Assembly (NCBI GenBank): GCA_034780895.1
Contig: JAUZTB010000064.1
Coordinates: 26,885,074-26,949,073 of the forward strand
DNA length: 64,000 bases
Origin: Rhynchobatus australiae
Taxonomy: Eukaryota
Reading direction: 5' to 3'
Part shown: one piece after another, positions 37,560-50,290 of the stretch
How the letters are laid out: every line of letters starts with the position of its first letter
Numbering within the stretch: the first letter of the stretch is position 1
The notes under the pieces: generated by a model
Seen by the model: the letters and a program-made list of their open reading frames with translations, nothing else
Told to the model about the DNA's origin: nothing
Databases searched by the model: none
Position numbers and translations under genes: made by a program

Positions 37560-38830
37560 GTACCATATAAATGCAAGCTGCTGTTGGTCATTGAAAGAAG
37601 GATATTCTAAGGCTATTCTCAGAGATGATTTGGAAAATGGAACACCAACCAGGTAAAGAGAAATTAAGAGGAACAAACAAAATTTGGCTAACATGGTGCA
37701 TGTCTTGTAGAGATTTTTAAGGGGAAATTGAGTGGTAGAAACAGAAGGTGGATCTCAGCAGTAAGCAGAACGCAAGACCTTTGCACACTGCAGTAATATA
37801 TTTAAAGTCTATTACCTAGGTCTCCATTTCTCTATCCAAGGATGCAGCTTTTTTGGCTTTTATCTGTTCTTATTTTTAACAGTGCCTCATCCACAGTGCG
37901 TTTCTTCAGTAACTGAGCAGCAGTAAAAGGATGAAGGTGCACAGATATTTGGAATGTAGAATAGTGAATTCATATTGGGATATGGGATTGGAGACAGTTT
38001 TGGAGACTGGGGCAAGAATATGGATGGATTTAAAGATAATGCCATAGGCCTGAAGTCCTTAACTTTAAAAATACAGTTAACACAACTGAACAAGGGGTAC
38101 GGTCGGGCAGAGCTTTGAAATGAAGAGGATACTTGCAGCACAGGTTTGTACAATGGAGTACATAGGAAACAAATAGTACATACATGGGAAGCAAACATGA
38201 AAGGAGTTTGCATTCTCATCACCAGGCTTGGTGAAGTCATGAAAATTTCATTGGAAGACAAATTCAGGAATGCACAGAGAGTAATGGTGGAAAGACGGAA
38301 GTAGGCAATCTCAGAGATGGACAGGATATGGAGGCTTAAACCCAGATCAGGGTCAAACAGAACACCAAGGTTACAAACAATCTGCTTCAGCCTGAGGCCA
38401 TGAAGGAAGATGGAATCAGTGGCAAGGGAACAGAAATTGTGGTGAGAGCTTTGGTCTTTCTGATGTTGAGCTGCAGGAAGTTCTGACTCATTCAGGGCTT
38501 GATGTCAGTCTGGACTCTGACAGCACAAAGGCTGTTGAGAGAAATAGAAGAAAAGCAGGGCTGGTTGTCATCAGCTTGCAAATAGAAGTAAAAACTATGT
38601 CTTAAAAAAAAGTCATGTTAAAAAGTCATAAATGAGAAGGGATAATTCAGATTTAGGGGAATTCTGGAGCTGATGGTGAGAGGAAGATGGAGAAAAGTCA
38701 TTGCAGGAGATGCCAAGACTTCACAATGGAGAACAATGTATAGCGAAATTCAGTGCTATATAAGTGAAGATTTACAGGATAGAGGATGATTGTAAATCAT
38801 CCAATTGTATCAAATACTGTAGAGGTGGTG
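37560..38830 (-). mobile_element. L2-clade LINE RT fragment
   Basis: Minus-strand translation gives FYLQADDNQP (YADD-like), TDIKP*MSQNFLQLNIRKTKAL and NLGVLFDPDL, all typical L2 RT motifs. Confidence 0.75.
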
Positions 38831-41800
38831 AGCAGGTCGATCTCAGAAGAGGCTATTTGGGCTGGTGTATTTTGAACTAGTGTGAAGAGCAAAAACCATC
38901 ATGAATGAAATGAAATTCAAACTGATAGGAGAGTCAAGCACAGAGCTGAGAGTTGGTGCTCTCACATTTAAATTTAGATTTCTACAAACATCACCTCCAC
39001 CCCCCCCCAAAAAAAATCAGCTTTCATTGACATAAAATTTTGGAATTGTAGTGAAGTTACAACTGGTGAAATGGAAGAACAAGGAAAAAAGTCTATATAA
39101 ACTAAATGTCACAATTTCAACATGGGTTCAGGAGCAAGTTTTACCTCTTAACTGATCTTGCAGTGCAAATAACAGTAACATGCAAGAGAACATCTGTCGG
39201 TTGAACCTGTGGTGTAGTGTTGCTGTTAGAGTTTTTCTTTTGAATGAGGCACTAGACTTAGTTCCCGTTTTGGATTCTGGGATGGATTGAAATGGTTCCT
39301 TTTCAAAAAAGAGCAAATTGATCTCTTGCTGCCTTGGCTGACGTTCATCCCTCAAGCATATCTCTAAAATAGTTTAATTCATCTTTTGAACTGCCATGTT
39401 TGGGGGCTTGCTGTGTCCAAACNNNNNNNNNNNNNNNNNNNNNNNNNNNNNNNNNNNNNNNNNNNNNNNNNNNNNNNNNNNNNNNNNNNNNNNNNNNNNN
39501 NNNNNNNNNNNNNNNNNNNNNNNNNNNNNNNNNNNNNNNNNNNNNNNNNNNNNNNNNNNNNNNNNNNNNNNNNNNNNNNNNNNNNNNNNNNNNNNNNNNN
39601 NNNNNNNNNNNNNNNNNNNNNNNNNNNNNNNNNNNNNNNNNNNNNNNNNNNNNNNNNNNNNNNNNNNNNNNNNNNACCCTTTTAATTAGCTAGATAGGAA
39701 CCAGCACTCTTGTTCATTATTGTCTGATAATAGATTCTGCTTTGGAAGAAACTTACTCGAACCTCAGTCATTTATGCTCTTTATTGAATCAGTTAGTATG
39801 AACATGTAAATGAAAATAACTAACTACCGAATAAGTGAATCATCTTGAGAAAATATCAACAATAACTGAGTTTGATGATGTGGCATAATGTACAAATTTG
39901 TGGTAAGTTGTATTTTATATCTACACTTTAAGAGATAAATATTTTGGGAAAATGATTGGAAGTTTTATGTTTCAAGAATTTTTGTTAAACTGATGAATTG
40001 TAACTGAGCTGTATGCAGTATCACTCAAAGGGCATTGCAAAAAAAAAGTCTGATTGAAATGCAGAATTATAAAGGGGTTATGGTGATGCTAAACAGATTC
40101 TTCTTTACCCTNNNNNNNNNNTCTCCCTGTGACCTTCTGCACATTTCCTAAACTGGAAAACGCTGCCAATCACCCAAATGACAGAGACAGTGTACTGAGA
40201 GTTCAGCACAGATGCTCACAGAAGTGTCATTTACAACATTGTGAAATCATACCAAGTTCACAAAGGCATGTACAAATATAAACCGTACAAGGTAAAAAGA
40301 ATATAAAAATACAAGTTGATCAAGTCTGTGCATCATATCCATAATGAGGTTATTAAAATAAAAAAGCATAGAAAAACAATATATCAGAATTACTTTTCAA
40401 AGAACTTAGTCATAAACATTAATTCTTCAGTGTAAAAATGTTCAAAAACAAATGGCATGACTTAAAATTCACAGCATTACATGCATCTCCTCAGGTAACT
40501 ACTGATATTTTATGGCTAACTATATGAACCTATTACGAACCAACTAAAGGCCTGAACTGCATTACTGCCCATTGATAGCCAATTTATATTGAATATCCGA
40601 CACCAAGAAATTAATTATGCACTTTACGGAATTAAAGATCCTTGGCTATAAATGAATAGCAATAATGCAGTTGAGCATTCAAATGATTCATTTCAGAAAC
40701 AATATACCTAGTAGTGAGCTACAAGTAATTAATCTAATCATGGGGTGCATCTACTCACAAAACTCCATCCCTGCATATCCCTCATTTGCTCCACCATCAG
40801 GAGCCAACCACATTACTTGGAAAGTCATTTCCCAAATTCATTCTCCTCTTTTTTAATCTTCTAAACATTATCTGTCCAACAAAATTTTTATTATTGCTCC
40901 GATTGTATTTTTGGTTGTGTAACAAGCACTATATAAGTACAGGCTGTTTCAGTTGTTGGTTAGAATGTGAAAACCGCTTGTGTGACACACATCCTCCTTA
41001 TGAGGGTGTCTTCATGTCTGAAATCACAAAGCATCTGAGTGTGCAACTGAAGTGGTCTATGGTCTGTGGTAGTATCTTTCAAAGTGAAGATAAGCCTGCA
41101 CAGATTTTTAATATGTGTTACTTATTTTAAAGCCATACTAAAGTACACAGACTGGAGGTGAAAGTCAGCTTGCTCACTGATTAACTACCAAAACTGCATT
41201 TTCAGAATTACAAAATTAAAAATCTACACAACACCACCTTTCTGCATATGCCAAAGTTTCAGGAATAGCTTCTTGCAGTTTTTCAGACTACCAATTTCTC
41301 CCAAATCTACAAAAACATGACTCCTTCCAATTTTATCAGTGGAACTGCCACTATCTTGTAAGTTTATTCAACATTCCAGAATAATGTGGAAGCTGAGCTA
41401 AGTACAGTAGTGGGTTTGTTTCAATATTGTAATTCCAGTAATTTCAGCCCTCCTTCAATTTTCATCTCCATGCATTATTTAATAGTTTGGATAAATTGGC
41501 AAGCCTATGCCAATGGCTTCTGGTGTGAATGCAGTTCCTTGCTTTTAGTCAACAGGGGTGTGAGGCATTACTGTACACTGGCAGAGAATCAACTCTTCTT
41601 CCTCACAGCGGAACAGGATGATTGCAACAGAATGCAACACAGTCACTGGAGAGTGGAAAGACTACCTACCCTTGGATGTCAAACTTTGAATTCAGTCCAC
41701 AATACAAGTTGCCAATTTGAACATTAAAAATATTCATTGCCCTTCTTATTGGTTGAGGACAAAGAACAACAAAATCCATCCACACTTCTAATATTATGCT

Positions 41801-42659
41801 AACAGGACCCATTTTGCAGGGAGGACAGAAAATTACAATATCTCCAAAATCATCATGGAAGTCATCTAAAGCAATTAATGCTAAATCATAAACTGTTCTG
41901 TATGAATGCAATAAACTGGAAAAATATTTGTGGGAATATTCCTTTCTACTAAACTAAAGGCACTACATAAATGGAAATTGTTGTTTCATTTAAGCAGTGA
42001 TTGAACCTCATTAATTTAAATTCTCAGAATCCATAGATAACTACATTGATAAGATTTTCATTTCACAGAGATCCGAATTCTTCTCTTTAAATAAAATAGG
42101 TTGGGTACTAAAAATATGGTAGGTTTTATTGTAACAAGAGATCTGTGATTGAGAAGTCCATCAGGAGAAGCTACACTTCAAGATTACAGAGGAATTTGCT
42201 CCAAGTTACTGGGACGAAAATTAGGAAACTCCAGTGTAAAGCACAAGAAAACAACGATTATATATCAATTTCCAATATGAAAGATAGGGTTAACAATGAT
42301 TGCAGTTAAACAATTATCATTAGATTTCCCCACAGTCCCTGTGCATGCCGAAAATGAGTTATTGGAAAAAGAATGCTTTCCCCAGGAGTTTTGTCATTCT
42401 GGGATTAGGAAATCTTGCTCTAGAGCTACAATTTGTTCTTGGCTCCAAGAACACAACATTCAATATTCTGATATTAATTTATTTTCTTTAATTATTGCTT
42501 AACTGTTCAAAATCCTTGCATGTTAAATATGGAAGGAGGAAGATTGTTAGAAGCTGGGCTATGTTTGACATATTCCAGAAAGACCTCAGAAGGTTAATTG
42601 CAAGTCATAATTTAGACCAAATGTTGGTGAGAGAGAATGATTAAAAGACCAGCTACATA

Positions 42660-42940
42660 AGTGAAGCATATTACAGCACCAGCGAAAGCACCGGAAGGAA
42701 ATCCCACCCACCTCACCCCGTCCTTATTCTATCAACCTGCAATTGCAATAATCAGAAGCAGATGTCGGGCCTTCCAGATCTTTCTCACAGGACAAACACA
42801 CAAAGCCCAGTTCTGGCGTTACCATCCAACAGTAATTGAAACCATATGAGCTTCGGAATAGCACATGCGAGCATTTTCCCGGCAAGAGGAATGAAATTGC
42901 AGGTCCCGCTGTGCACTAAGTGCACAGTGCACCATGAAAA
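42660..42940 (-). promoter_or_regulatory. Candidate internal promoter / alternative 5' exon of TCF4
   Basis: Nine CpGs in about 270 bp within CpG-poor DNA, ETS-like ACCGGAAGG (42690-42698), a palindrome, and donor-like ATG|gtaacg at 42823/42822. Confidence 0.35.
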
Positions 42941-43399
42941 CAAGTGTACATAACTACAGTAACCACCTGTAACCTAGATACAGGCAAAAAACCCTCTGTC
43001 AAAATGGCAGCTTGCCCCAGGAACTTAAGTCAAATATTAAAATGGTGTGATGAAAGAAAAAGGTTGCGGTATGTCATCACAATGAATGAGGGTGGTGCAA
43101 AGGACTCAGAACTAGTTGTTGTGATATATGCCACTACTACTCAATGTGAAAGTGAAGCTCAAGAGAAGAGGAAGGAGAAGCATGCGGAGAAGTGGGGAAA
43201 GAACTAATGCTGCCTTTTCAGTATATTTAATTTATACAAAGGCAAATGGCTTCCTTTAAGCAAATGACTTCCTTTATGATTATAAACCAAAATGTCATTG
43301 ATATATTCTACTCTTAACTGAAGCTACTTGTCAGATAATTCAATGTTTTAAAACACTAAACTCCACTTTGTTGGGCTATCAACATTGCTTGATTTTCAT

Positions 43400-43640
43400 G
43401 CTGATTAATTCAGCCCTGGCTTCCACCTTTTAGAGATATTCCCTTTGTCCTGTGCGTCCCTCCTCCACCCTCTCTGCAACTTAAAACTGATTTGTGTTTC
43501 ACTTTTTCAGTTCTGATGAAGGGTCTTTAACATGAAACATTAACTCTTTTTCTCTTTCCACAGATGCTCCCCAACCTTTTGAGTGTTTCCAGTATTTTCT
43601 GCTCCTATTTCAGAGCTCCAGCATTTACAGAATTTTTATT
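43400..43640 (+). mobile_element. Penelope-like terminal repeat with hammerhead-like core
   Basis: cagtt-CTGATGA-agggtctttaacat-GAAAC-att-aactc at 43508-43546, then tccacagatgct...ccagcat. Confidence 0.7.
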
Positions 43641-44338
43641 TTCTATAACTAAATAGATTATCTGGTTATTAACACATGACATTTAGAGAGGGTTAATCAT
43701 GTGTAAATTGGTTGATACTTTTTTCTACAACAGCAATTATACTTCATAAAGTACTTAATTGGCTTTAGGCATTTTGCGAAGTTTTGAGGTCTTGAAAAGG
43801 TGCTATATGAATGCAAAGATTTCTCTTTTGTGATTCTCTACAGACTTTTAAGACCCGAGTTTGGCTTCTGCTGATCATTAGTTCATGATTATAATCATTT
43901 CAATCTAGTGCTCATTTTAAAAATCTAACGATTTGGGAAAAGTCCCATATCATAAGTATTTGTAAATTGGGTGGTTCATAGACTGATTTTTCTAGAAACT
44001 AGGAATGAGAAAGATCAAAGAAAGATTCATTAATTAATCCTGAGCTGGATAAATATGAAGTACTTTGAAGGCCAATCTACTTTTCTTCACCTCTTTGTAA
44101 TAACAAAATGGCAAATTAAGTGCAGCCAAGCATTCGATCTAAAATCACCAATGTGAAGTTCAATTAGTTAAATGTGGGGGATTAAATCTGTATTAGGCCC
44201 ACCATCATAATGACAAATGCCTCCGTATTATATGCAAATATAATCATTACCTCATACTTCAAACTAACTAACTGATGACAAACAAATCTCTAAACAATTT
44301 ACTAAAATCGAGGAGCATATTATGAATCAAAAATATAG

Positions 44339-44492
44339 ATACAAGAGATTCTGCAGATGCTGGAATCTAGGGCAACATACACAAAGTGCTGGAGGAGCTC
44401 AGCAGGTCAGGCAGCATCTATGGAGGGAAATAAACAGTTGACGTTTCAGGTCGAGATCCTTCATCAGGACTGGAAAAGAAGAGGGCAGAAGC
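44339..44492 (-). mobile_element. Penelope-like terminal repeat (relatively young)
   Basis: ctgcagatgctggaatc...gctggaggagctcagcaggtcaggcagcatc...gacgtttcaggtcgagatccttcatcaggactg. Confidence 0.8.
44435..44472 (-). ncRNA. Minimal type I hammerhead ribozyme motif (PLE-associated)
   Basis: Minus strand CAGUC-CUGAUGA-AGG-AUCUCGA-CCU-GAAAC-GUC-AACUG has both catalytic boxes, a 3-bp stem II, palindromic ACGU stem III and a GUC cleavage triplet. Stem I has one mismatch. Confidence 0.65.
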
Positions 44493-46549
44493 AGTTTTGT
44501 TTTGAGAGAGGGGCACAAAAGAATTGAATCAAAAATAAAGTGGTATACTGCTTCAATCCTTTTGTGTCTCCCTCCGAAAGAACTGCTGAAACTCAACATA
44601 CACTTCCTCAAAAGCCACATTTTATCGTTAGAAGGTTTAACCACAATGTGCCATAAATATATGTTGTGTTCTCTTTTCTCTTTCAGAACTCAGTTTAATC
44701 AACAGACATCTTCTTTGCTATGCTGCTGTTTTGCTTTATGCTCTAAACCAAATGCTTCAGATCTATTGCTTACATAATTTTATCCGCTCACAATTCAAAC
44801 TTAATAACAGAATACAAATACTCCAATTCCTCCATCACATAGTATACATTCACTTAGACATTAATACCTAGTTGAATTCATCATTGGAATTAATTTCAGA
44901 AGCAGAATAAAATGGACCATCAATATATTTAGCNNNNNNNNNNNNNNNNATTGGATTACTAGGCATATTGGGTTTACATTTTTTTTAACAACTGAAGAAG
45001 AACTAAATTCTGAATTGCCATATAACTAAATATTTTTAAATTAAATACCTGATCCCTATGAACAATTTATTTCTTCCAGAGTCCTCTTTACATGGAAAAT
45101 TATTTTATAGAGTCCTCATAAAGCTTATGTGTACTTGTGTCATCCTTATAAAACTTTTCACCCACATCTTCCAGATAAAAGATGCTTTTCTTTTCTGGAA
45201 GACATATAGAAACCTCTTTGATCCATTCATTGTCTGATCTCTTCCTTCATTAATGTTATAAGTGTATCGTTATCACTTGTGGCTTTTACTTCAATCCAGA
45301 GAATTTCATTCATCTACTCCTAATTTTCAAATGATTCAAGTCTGACTTCTTCTTCAATCCTGCATTTACTACTTTGAATTTATTGCTTACTAAAGATCCA
45401 TTTATATATCAGACTACCTTATCTATGTTACATTTTATTAAAAGACATATTCCTTGAATATGGCAATGCTGATAAAATCAGCCTGAACCTCTGGGTATAT
45501 GTGGTGAAGATGATATCACAACAGTGTTAGATGGGGAGTTCCAGGATTTCAACAGTGATAATGAAAGAACTGTCAAAAATATCAAAATCATAATCAAGCG
45601 CAGCTCAGATAAAAGGAGACCTTGCTGCTAATGATGTCCCCAAGTCTCTTTTTTTGTCATCTTTGGTTAATATTTTAACTTGTTTGTGGTTGACAAGGCT
45701 CTTTCCCATATCTTTATTTCACATCAGTCCCTCACCTCTGCCACAAAGTTAGAATTTGTCTGTATTTCTTATCTTACTAATCTCCTCATTCATCACAACA
45801 TCTGCCACTTCTGCTGCCTACAACATTTCGTCACCGACCCCAGCTTCAACTTTCCTTTCGGTGCAGACTTTTCTGAGTGATAACATTTATCACTGTAGGC
45901 AAGTGTAGACTTATTAATCTAACTTTACTTTCACACAATGGAATTAATCGTTACATGTACATGAGAAGATCATGTGTATGATAACCTGGCAGTCAGGAGT
46001 CAGAATGGTTTTGGTTAAGGAAAAGTACTGCCTTACCCACAGACCATACTCTCTCTGCTTTGAGTACGTGACATCTCAAACAGTCTGTGGTGAAGCCCAC
46101 AAAATGCTGTACTTGTATTCACTGAAAGCAAGTTGCTATGTTCCATGTGAAGAAGTTAAGGCCAAACCAGATGAAATTTGAGACATACATGAACAGCAGC
46201 TTTCTGAAGGACGAAAATGTTGGAGAAGTTTTTATCTCGTTGAAGGCAGAAGTACTGAGTGCCTGGCACATGAATCATTGTTTCTAACTGGTGACTTTTT
46301 AACATGACCTAGTTAGATTTTGGGAAATGATACCAAACTGGAAGAGTTGTTCTTTCTGAGAAGGCACATCAAATAATGAAAACAATAAATTGGAAACAAC
46401 AATAATGGTAGAACACCAGGTTATTAAAGCAGACAATACAGCTCAAAGCAATAATGAGCAAAATTGTGCTCTGGGAATATAAGATTCTTGGGTCTTGTGT
46501 CAGTGAAAATTGTTTTGTAGCAGGTTAACATGGCAGTCTTTACAATGGG

Positions 46550-46660
46550 TAAACTGCAGATGCTTGATATCTAAAATAAATATGCTGAAATGCTGAAAAC
46601 ACTCAATAGATCAGGGAGCATCTATGGAGGGAGAAACAGGTAAGCGATGAAAGGTTAAAA
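46550..46660 (-). mobile_element. Penelope-like terminal-repeat fragment
   Basis: aactgcagatgcttgatatctaaaataaa...gctgaaaacactcaatagatcagggagcatctatggagggagaaacag. Confidence 0.55.
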
Positions 46661-46984
46661 AAAATTGAAACTCAAAAAAGACTAATTAGAACTGTATTTG
46701 CAGTCATCTCATTGTATAGAATGCAATGTTAGTTTGCTGCAAAATGTGACATACACATTTATGCACAAGCATAAAGACACACAGCTGAAGTCTTGAAATG
46801 TACAGATAATATTCCAGTTACTTCCTCTACAAAAAGATTAACAAGAGGACTGAAAAAAGCAACACTGCACTGGATCCACAATACTGGTATCACAGAAATG
46901 TCAGTTGAGTTGTGAAACTGTACATGGGCTCAATTTTAGATACTTCTTAGATATGTCCCAACAGGCTAAAATGCAACAACTATT

Positions 46985-47945
46985 CATGAAAAGATAGAGT
47001 GAGAAAACAGGGAAACTGGAAGCCCATTAAGCTGATGTCAATAGTGAGGAAAATGTTGGAATCCATTAAAGAGTGACACTGGAGACACTTAGAAAATTAA
47101 ATTAGGATAAGACACAAACTATGTAATTACATGAAAGGAAAAACAATCGTGTCAGATATTAGGAGTTTTATGACAATGTAACCAGCAGGGTAAATAAAGG
47201 GAAAACACGAGTATGGTACATTAACATGTAAGGTCATTGTGTTTTTTTATTTTTAAGTGGGCAGAAACCAATAAATGTTGGTACGCACAGCAATTGGCTG
47301 TCTACAAATCACAAAGTTAATATGAGGTATAGCAGGTGAATAGGAAGGCAAGAAATAGGTTGGGTTTTATTACAATTGGTTTGGTGTACGGGAGTAAGAA
47401 AGTCTTGCAAGTATACAGGCATTTGGTGAGATGGCATCTAGAATACTGTGGACAGATCCGGCCTCCGTACGAAAGGACACGTGCCCTTCTCTTGTAGATT
47501 CATGAAGCATTTCTGGAAGAAGAGGCATCCTTTGAGGAGAGATTGTGTATGATGGACCCAAACATTCCGGAGCTTGGATAAGAGATGATCTCATTAAAAT
47601 ACAAAAGATTCTGAGTGTGCTTGGCAAGCCAATGCTAAGAGGGCAATTCCGTAGGTTGCAAAACCCAGTACTTGGGGCATTGAGCCAGAGTATTTATCAA
47701 GTTATAGAATTAAGAGGAGAAATTTCTTCATTTAGTGAGTTGCAAGCACCTATAATTGACAGCCTCAGAAAAAATGTAGATGATCAGTGGTTAAGTATAC
47801 TCAGAATTGAAATTGTGCTTGATTCCCATAGAGCCAAAAATCTATGAATTTCTACTATGGAGTTGAGCTCCAGGTTCAGCCACAATCTTACCAAATGGTG
47901 AAGTGGGCTCAGAGGGCTCCTATATTGCACATTACGTTCCTGAGA
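46985..47945 (+). mobile_element. Old fragmented CR1 LINE
   Basis: RT N-terminal remnants at about 47000-47200, LEYC-like ctagaatactgtggacag, agagatgatctcattaaaatacaaaagatt, and a CR1 tail. Confidence 0.6.
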
Positions 47946-47984
47946 AAAGAAATTAACTTCAGAATGGGCAGCTTCCCAGAAATA

Positions 47985-49090
47985 TGGAAACAGCAGACGG
48001 TCACAGATGATGCAGGAGGCACTTGACAGGAGAGCAAGTAGTTTGGGTGGTGCACTCCTTCTACCATTTTTGCTAAGCATCTGCATGTCCAGTGCCAGCC
48101 TGAATGNNNNNNNNNNNNNNNNNNNNNNNNNNNNNNNNNNNNNNNNNNNNNNNNNNNNNNNNNNAAATATTTTCAAAGTGGAGTCTACAGAATGCAAATA
48201 GTAACTTAATGCCAGCCATAATTACTTGGGAGAGCACCCCGGCATTGACTTGCTCATTCTGCCAGTGCGTTTGGAGGATTTGGTGCAGACAGTTGTCTTG
48301 GTATCTCTCCAGTGCCATAGGTAGTTCACAAGCTTACAAGAGGACAGGGATCATTGCTGCCTAGTAGACCTTGAAAAATGTTGAGTTCAAGGCCTTGATC
48401 TTTGAATACTCTTTTCCTCAGATGGCCAAAAGGTGTGCTAGTGCACTGAAGACAATGCTGAATTCCACTGATGTCTGCCTTTGCTGACAGGTGGCTCCCG
48501 AGATTTGGGAAGTGGTCAACATTTTCTTGTCTCTGACTGTGGCCCATTTTTTTTTAAAATCGGGACAGTTTTGTATAATGGGGCAAATTGGTAAAGGACC
48601 ACCATTTTGCTTTATTTTTATTTATGCTCCAGTGAATGAATCAATAATTTGGAGTTCACACTCTCTATGTGCACAAACACAAGCATCCTCTACATACTGC
48701 AGCTTAATGACTGAAGCTGGAATGGACTTGAAATGGAGAATGATGGACATTGAATGGTTTCCCATTCATCTTGCAGATTTACTCCATTCCAGCAGGTGGT
48801 TTGTTGGAAGTGAGGTTCAATATTTTAGTGAGAAGGAGTGAGAAAAAGGCTGCAATGATGACAAAGCTTTGCTTGAGTTGGGACCTTCCACAAGGGCCTT
48901 CATTGTCATCTTCCTCCTGCTCTTCTCCCTCAGGCTATGAGGCTCCTTGCCCTTCCTTCCCTGCCAGCTGTCCTCTCCAGATGCCTGTGTCGTACAGTAT
49001 ACAGCATACATTGAAGAAGTCAGTGCAACTGGTTAGCATAAACTGCAAGATGCTGCTGGACTTTTGCAGGCACTGAAACTTCATTTTAGG
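47985..49090 (-). mobile_element. RTE-clade LINE fragment
   Basis: ORFs ENVDHFPNLGSHLSAKADI...IQHCLQCTSTPFGHLRKRVF and ALERYQDNCLHQILQTHWQ match the RTE RT C-terminal pattern. Confidence 0.8.
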
Positions 49091-49374
49091 AGACTAGTGT
49101 TTTCCCACATCAGTTCTGGTGCATGTATTGCTGTCATTGTAGTGGTGCTCGGCAACTGTGTTTGGTGAGTGCACCGATACGAGGAACCATGAAGTTGCCC
49201 TTGTCACCAGGATCCATCCTTCCAGGTAGTGCTAGCCATTGAAAATGTCTGGCACTTTGGTATCGAAAAGAATGAAGGGAACATGGGTCCTTCCTGGAAA
49301 CACAGTGTTCACCATTAGGAAAATCTTCTGACTGGTTGTTGAGGGAGTGAACATTTTCTGTCGAACCAGTTAAA

Positions 49375-49947
49375 CCAGGGCAGGACTGGTACATAAATGA
49401 CAGGAGCCTGGGGAGTGCTGTAGAACAGCGAGACCTAGGGGTACAAGTACATAATGCACTGAAAGTGGGACACGGGTACACAAAGGTGGTGACGAAGGTG
49501 TATGTCATGCTTGTCTTCATCGGACAAAAGTTGAGAAGCCATGTTATAGCTTTACACGATGTTGGTAAGAATAATGTGTGCACTTCTGCTTACCATACTA
49601 TAGGAAGATGTGATTAAACTAAAGAGGGTGCAGAAAAGATTCACAAGGACGTTGCCGGGAATGGAGGGCTTGAGTTACAAGGAGAAACTGGATAGGCTGG
49701 ACTGTTTTCTCTGGAGCAAAGGAAGCTGAGGATGACCATATAGTTTATAAAATCATGCGCATAGATAAGGTGGATGGTCACAGTCTTTTTCCCCCAGAGT
49801 AGGGAGTTTAACACCAGGGGGCATAGGTTTAAGGTGAGAGCGGAAAGGTTTGGAGAGATGTGGGTAAATGAGACTAGCTCAGGAAGGCACAAGTTGGGCT
49901 GAAGGGCCTCTTTGCATGCTGCACAACTCTAGGCCTCTATATTCTAT
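49375..49947 (+). mobile_element. CR1 LINE 3' portion
   Basis: gacctaggggtacaagtacataatgcactgaaagtgg...gagggtgcagaaaagattcacaaggacgttgccggga...gggctgaagggcct. Confidence 0.85.
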
Positions 49948-50054
49948 GCCCTCTCTGAGATAGGGAGAAAGACAAATGGGTCTAATTTCCAGGGAAACAA
50001 ATTTTGAAACAGTGGAACTATTACTTTATGGAAACATGGTATATTTTTAAGTGC

Positions 50055-50290
50055 CAACCCAGTAAGGCATTGTTTTCTCTACTGACTGAAAGGTTGTATG
50101 TTCAACCACAGTATCGTTTCCTTGACTCCTACTGCTGAGAGGGCTTGCCTTACAATTTAATCCGAAATTACAGTAATAATGAGCAAGGTCTGCATTGTTG
50201 GCGGCATCGTGTTTGCAAGAGATTAAAAATAAGCATCCTCTCTGTTCAAGTGAATATGTTGGATTCTCACAGAAAGTTGGCTTAATATTC
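50055..50290 (+). mobile_element. Deu-domain SINE-like remnant
   Basis: ctgcattgttggcggcatcgtgtttgcaagagattaaaaataagc...ctctgttcaagtgaatatg resembles the recalled DeuSINE central domain. Confidence 0.4.

Noticed and set aside
41495-41515. NFI site TTGGC...GCCAA
   Set aside because: The spacer is 8 nt rather than the canonical 5 nt.
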